A stretch of DNA of 64,000 bases from Podarcis vaucheri. Taxonomy: Eukaryota. Both the position numbers and the translations under genes were made by a program. Shown here in pieces: positions 61,472 to 64,000 of the stretch. Numbering within the stretch: position 1 is the first letter of the stretch; every line of letters starts with the position of its first letter. The stretch lies in NCBI GenBank assembly GCA_965113315.1, contig OZ220364.1. The stretch is one strand, 5' to 3'. The notes under the pieces are model-generated. The model was not told the origin of the DNA, made no database searches, and saw only the letters and a list, made by a program, of their open reading frames with translations.

Positions 61472-62491
61472 CCCCCCCAATACACTAAAGGTATCCAAAA
61501 CTTCCTATCTTATCTCATGGGAAGGAGGGGCCCACTTCTCTTTGCTGCCTGTCTCTGCAAGCCCAAATGGGACCGAAGTTGGAGCAGCAGTTGATTTTGA
61601 AGCTCACATTCCCCCAGCTATAGTCCAGCATTTGCTTGCTTTATTTTCCCAGCTGTAAGCAGTACTAGTTCTGTTGCACAGCTGCCTTCCTAAAACACTA
61701 CGAAGCATACTCATGGTTGAAACCTGGCAGAGCAATGGGTATGGCAATACCACTAGGGAACAACTAGTCTGTACGCGCACTCTTGTGTGTGGTCTTGTGT
61801 ATGCAGACGTGTTCTTCAAGAGACAAATGAGATGGGGAATGCTGGTGGTTCTCCCTGCCTGTAATTTCCCTTGCAGCTTTATGCAATCATGGAGTAGGGT
61901 AGAGGGAATGGCTTTCCCAGCAACCAAACTACCTTTGCCTGAACTGGATCCAGCCACTTCCAATATGGGCATCAGCTATGTACTAAGCAAGCATTACGTC
62001 ATTTCTTAATTCATCTCTGGCCATGCAGATGTGTCAACTGAAAAGCGGCTCAGAGTGACATTCTTCACTTTGCAAAAGCTCAATGCAATAATATTGTTAG
62101 TTTCCTTCCTTTTTTAAAAAAGAAAGAAAGAATCACACATCTTTCAGTAAGACGCACAGGAAGAATTCAACGCAGTAGGTTACGAAAAGCACCTGGCACA
62201 CTTTTGACACAAAATAAAAGTTAAGTACTGTATGGAAAAGCTGTTTGGCGCGTTGGCTTCTTCTTTTAGAATTCTTGCCTATTTAACGCACAAGGAGAGA
62301 ATAAGAATGCATGAGGAATTCGATCTTTGTACATTCCAGTTTTGAACTGAAGCGATCCACACCTTCTGGACTAATGTGCAGGGTGGAAATCAGCTTTCAC
62401 ACTTCCCAATTGCTCTGGCACAGTTCTTGGCTCAAAAAGCAAGCTTTAAAAACTCATGCTTTTAAAGAAATGCAAGTTTTTAGTCCTCATT

Positions 62492-62639
62492 NNNNNNNNN
62501 NNNNNNNNNNNNNNNNNNNNNNNNNNNNNNNNNNNNNNNNNNNNNNNNNNNNNNNNNNNNNNNNNNNNNNNNNNNNNNNNNNNNNNNNNNNNNNNNNNNN
62601 NNNNNNNNNNNNNNNNNNNNNNNNNNNNNNNNNNNNNNN
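62492..62639. other. Assembly gap (148 N)
   Basis: Run of N. Confidence 1.
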
Positions 62640-63599
62640 TCCTCAAGCTGCCATTAGTTAAGGGTGGGAGAAAAGACAGGTAATCATACATCATACTTAA
62701 AAAGAAGCCCGAATCCATCTTGTGCCAAGGCTGATTTTAAGCATAAATGATAGGCTATTTTATTGCTCCCGGATAGTCAGAAAGAGAGAGATTGCTCCTG
62801 CATCAGAAACCATCTTGGCTGTAATTCCAGGAAGGCCTTGCATGCCTTTTTTCTCCTGGACTGAGAGGGCGGAGTTCCTGACTGACTCCAGCTACAAAAG
62901 CTGAGGCTACTGAGGTGATGTTTAGGGAGTTTGCGGGGTGGCATTGTTGCTATATCCACACAGTGATCAACTCCCACCCGGGACCCAATGTCCCCACTGT
63001 GGAAGGACATGTGGATCCAGAATTGGCCTCCACAGCATCTTTGTTTTTATATCTTATTATGATTTATGTGGAAATTGTTCAGTTTAGTTGTATACTTTTT
63101 GATATGTTTATGATTACTTCTGTTAAGTTTATAATTATGTATTTTTTATGTTGTAAGCTGCCCTGAGCATGGTTTTAACTATAGAAAGACAGCATACAAG
63201 TACAATGATGAATGATGAGTAATGAGTAATGAATGTACATCAGAGAGAGAGAGAGAGAGAGAGAGATCTGGTGTCAGATTACTCCTTTATTGCCACTTCT
63301 CTTATCCTCTGGCCCTTTATTGCCACAATCTCTTATCCTCTGGCCCAATCAATGTCAGAGCTCTGACATCAGCAGAGCTGAAAGGGGGACTGTTAGGACT
63401 ACTAATTGGAGGACTAGGCACAGATTTTGACCAGTTCAGGAACAGGTCTAATCCTAAAACATACCTCCCATTGTTTCCAAAGGAAGGGAGGAGTCATTTT
63501 GAATAGTTCTACTAAATTCCTAAAAGTTTCCACAGAGTCTCATAGAGTCAATCTTTTCCTTCCCCATTTTTCACCCCTTTAATGAGAACTCATTCAGAT

Positions 63600-63965
63600 A
63601 ACCACATCCTAGGGTCTGTATTGCTATGGGAGACAATAGTGGGGATAGTGGAGCTCCCTGATGAGTATCTCCAAGACAATTAAAAGTTTCAGAGTTGCTC
63701 TTTTTACCAAATGATAAGCCATGGGTTTTGCATATATCATTTTGATACATGCAACAAACTCTCCCCCTAGATCAAATTTATATAATACTTGAAACAGATA
63801 GTTCCACTTCATATGATCGACTGCTTTTTCCACATCCAAAGTAAAGCTCCATGTAGGCCTTCTGATTCTAAATGGAGTATATTAAATAGCTTAGATCAAT
63901 AGGTATGTGCATGGAATTTTATACCTTCAATAAATCTTTAACAATATATCTGCCTAATATCTTGT
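63600..63965 (-). mobile_element. Degenerate L1/Tx1-group reverse-transcriptase fragment
   Basis: ORF 63624..63839 (L)DVEKAVDHMKWNYLFQVLYKFDLGGEFVACIKMIY resembles the L1 RT motif LDAEKAFD.V.W.YL..VL.KFG.G..F...IK..Y. Frameshifted, ends approximate. Confidence 0.7.
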
Positions 63966-64000
63966 TTCATCTTTTGGCCTAGATGATAGTCCATATCTTA

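Noticed and set aside
1-64000. Most ORF-track entries (60-211 aa) as independent genes
   Set aside because: They fall in SINEs, MITEs, LINE fragments, microsatellites or random intron sequence and lack recognisable domains. Only 58626..58832 (ERC2 exon), 1400..1588 (passes through the microexon frame) and the retroelement fragments are meaningful.

Overview
Vertebrate nuclear DNA, AT-rich and repeat-dense, most likely from a squamate (probably a lacertid lizard, inferred from Sauria SINEs, RTE-BovB, L2, Penelope-like pieces and hAT/TcMar MITEs). The whole window lies inside the presynaptic active-zone gene ERC2 (CAST1/ELKS2) on the minus strand. Five GT-AG coding exons splice into one open coiled-coil frame: 58841-58674, 33135-32998, 27873-27733, 26138-25998 and 8266-8073. 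The ORF track shows only the first of them. The main result is a cluster of short, frame-preserving, neural-type cassette exons around the 194-nt exon. These are a 12-nt microexon (1533-1544, S-LTS-R, well supported), a 36-nt exon (21160-21195, QAEQLFNQMYNP, very good splice signals) and a weaker 24-nt candidate (9501-9524, DVKLRGVY). Each has a UGC just upstream of its 3' splice site. Other points: weaker cassette or first-exon candidates in the 25-kb intron, a BovB insertion with a 5' inversion and an apparently templated (ATT)n filler, several nested insertions with readable TSDs, and two assembly gaps. Family names and orthologue comparisons come from recall, not from a database search.
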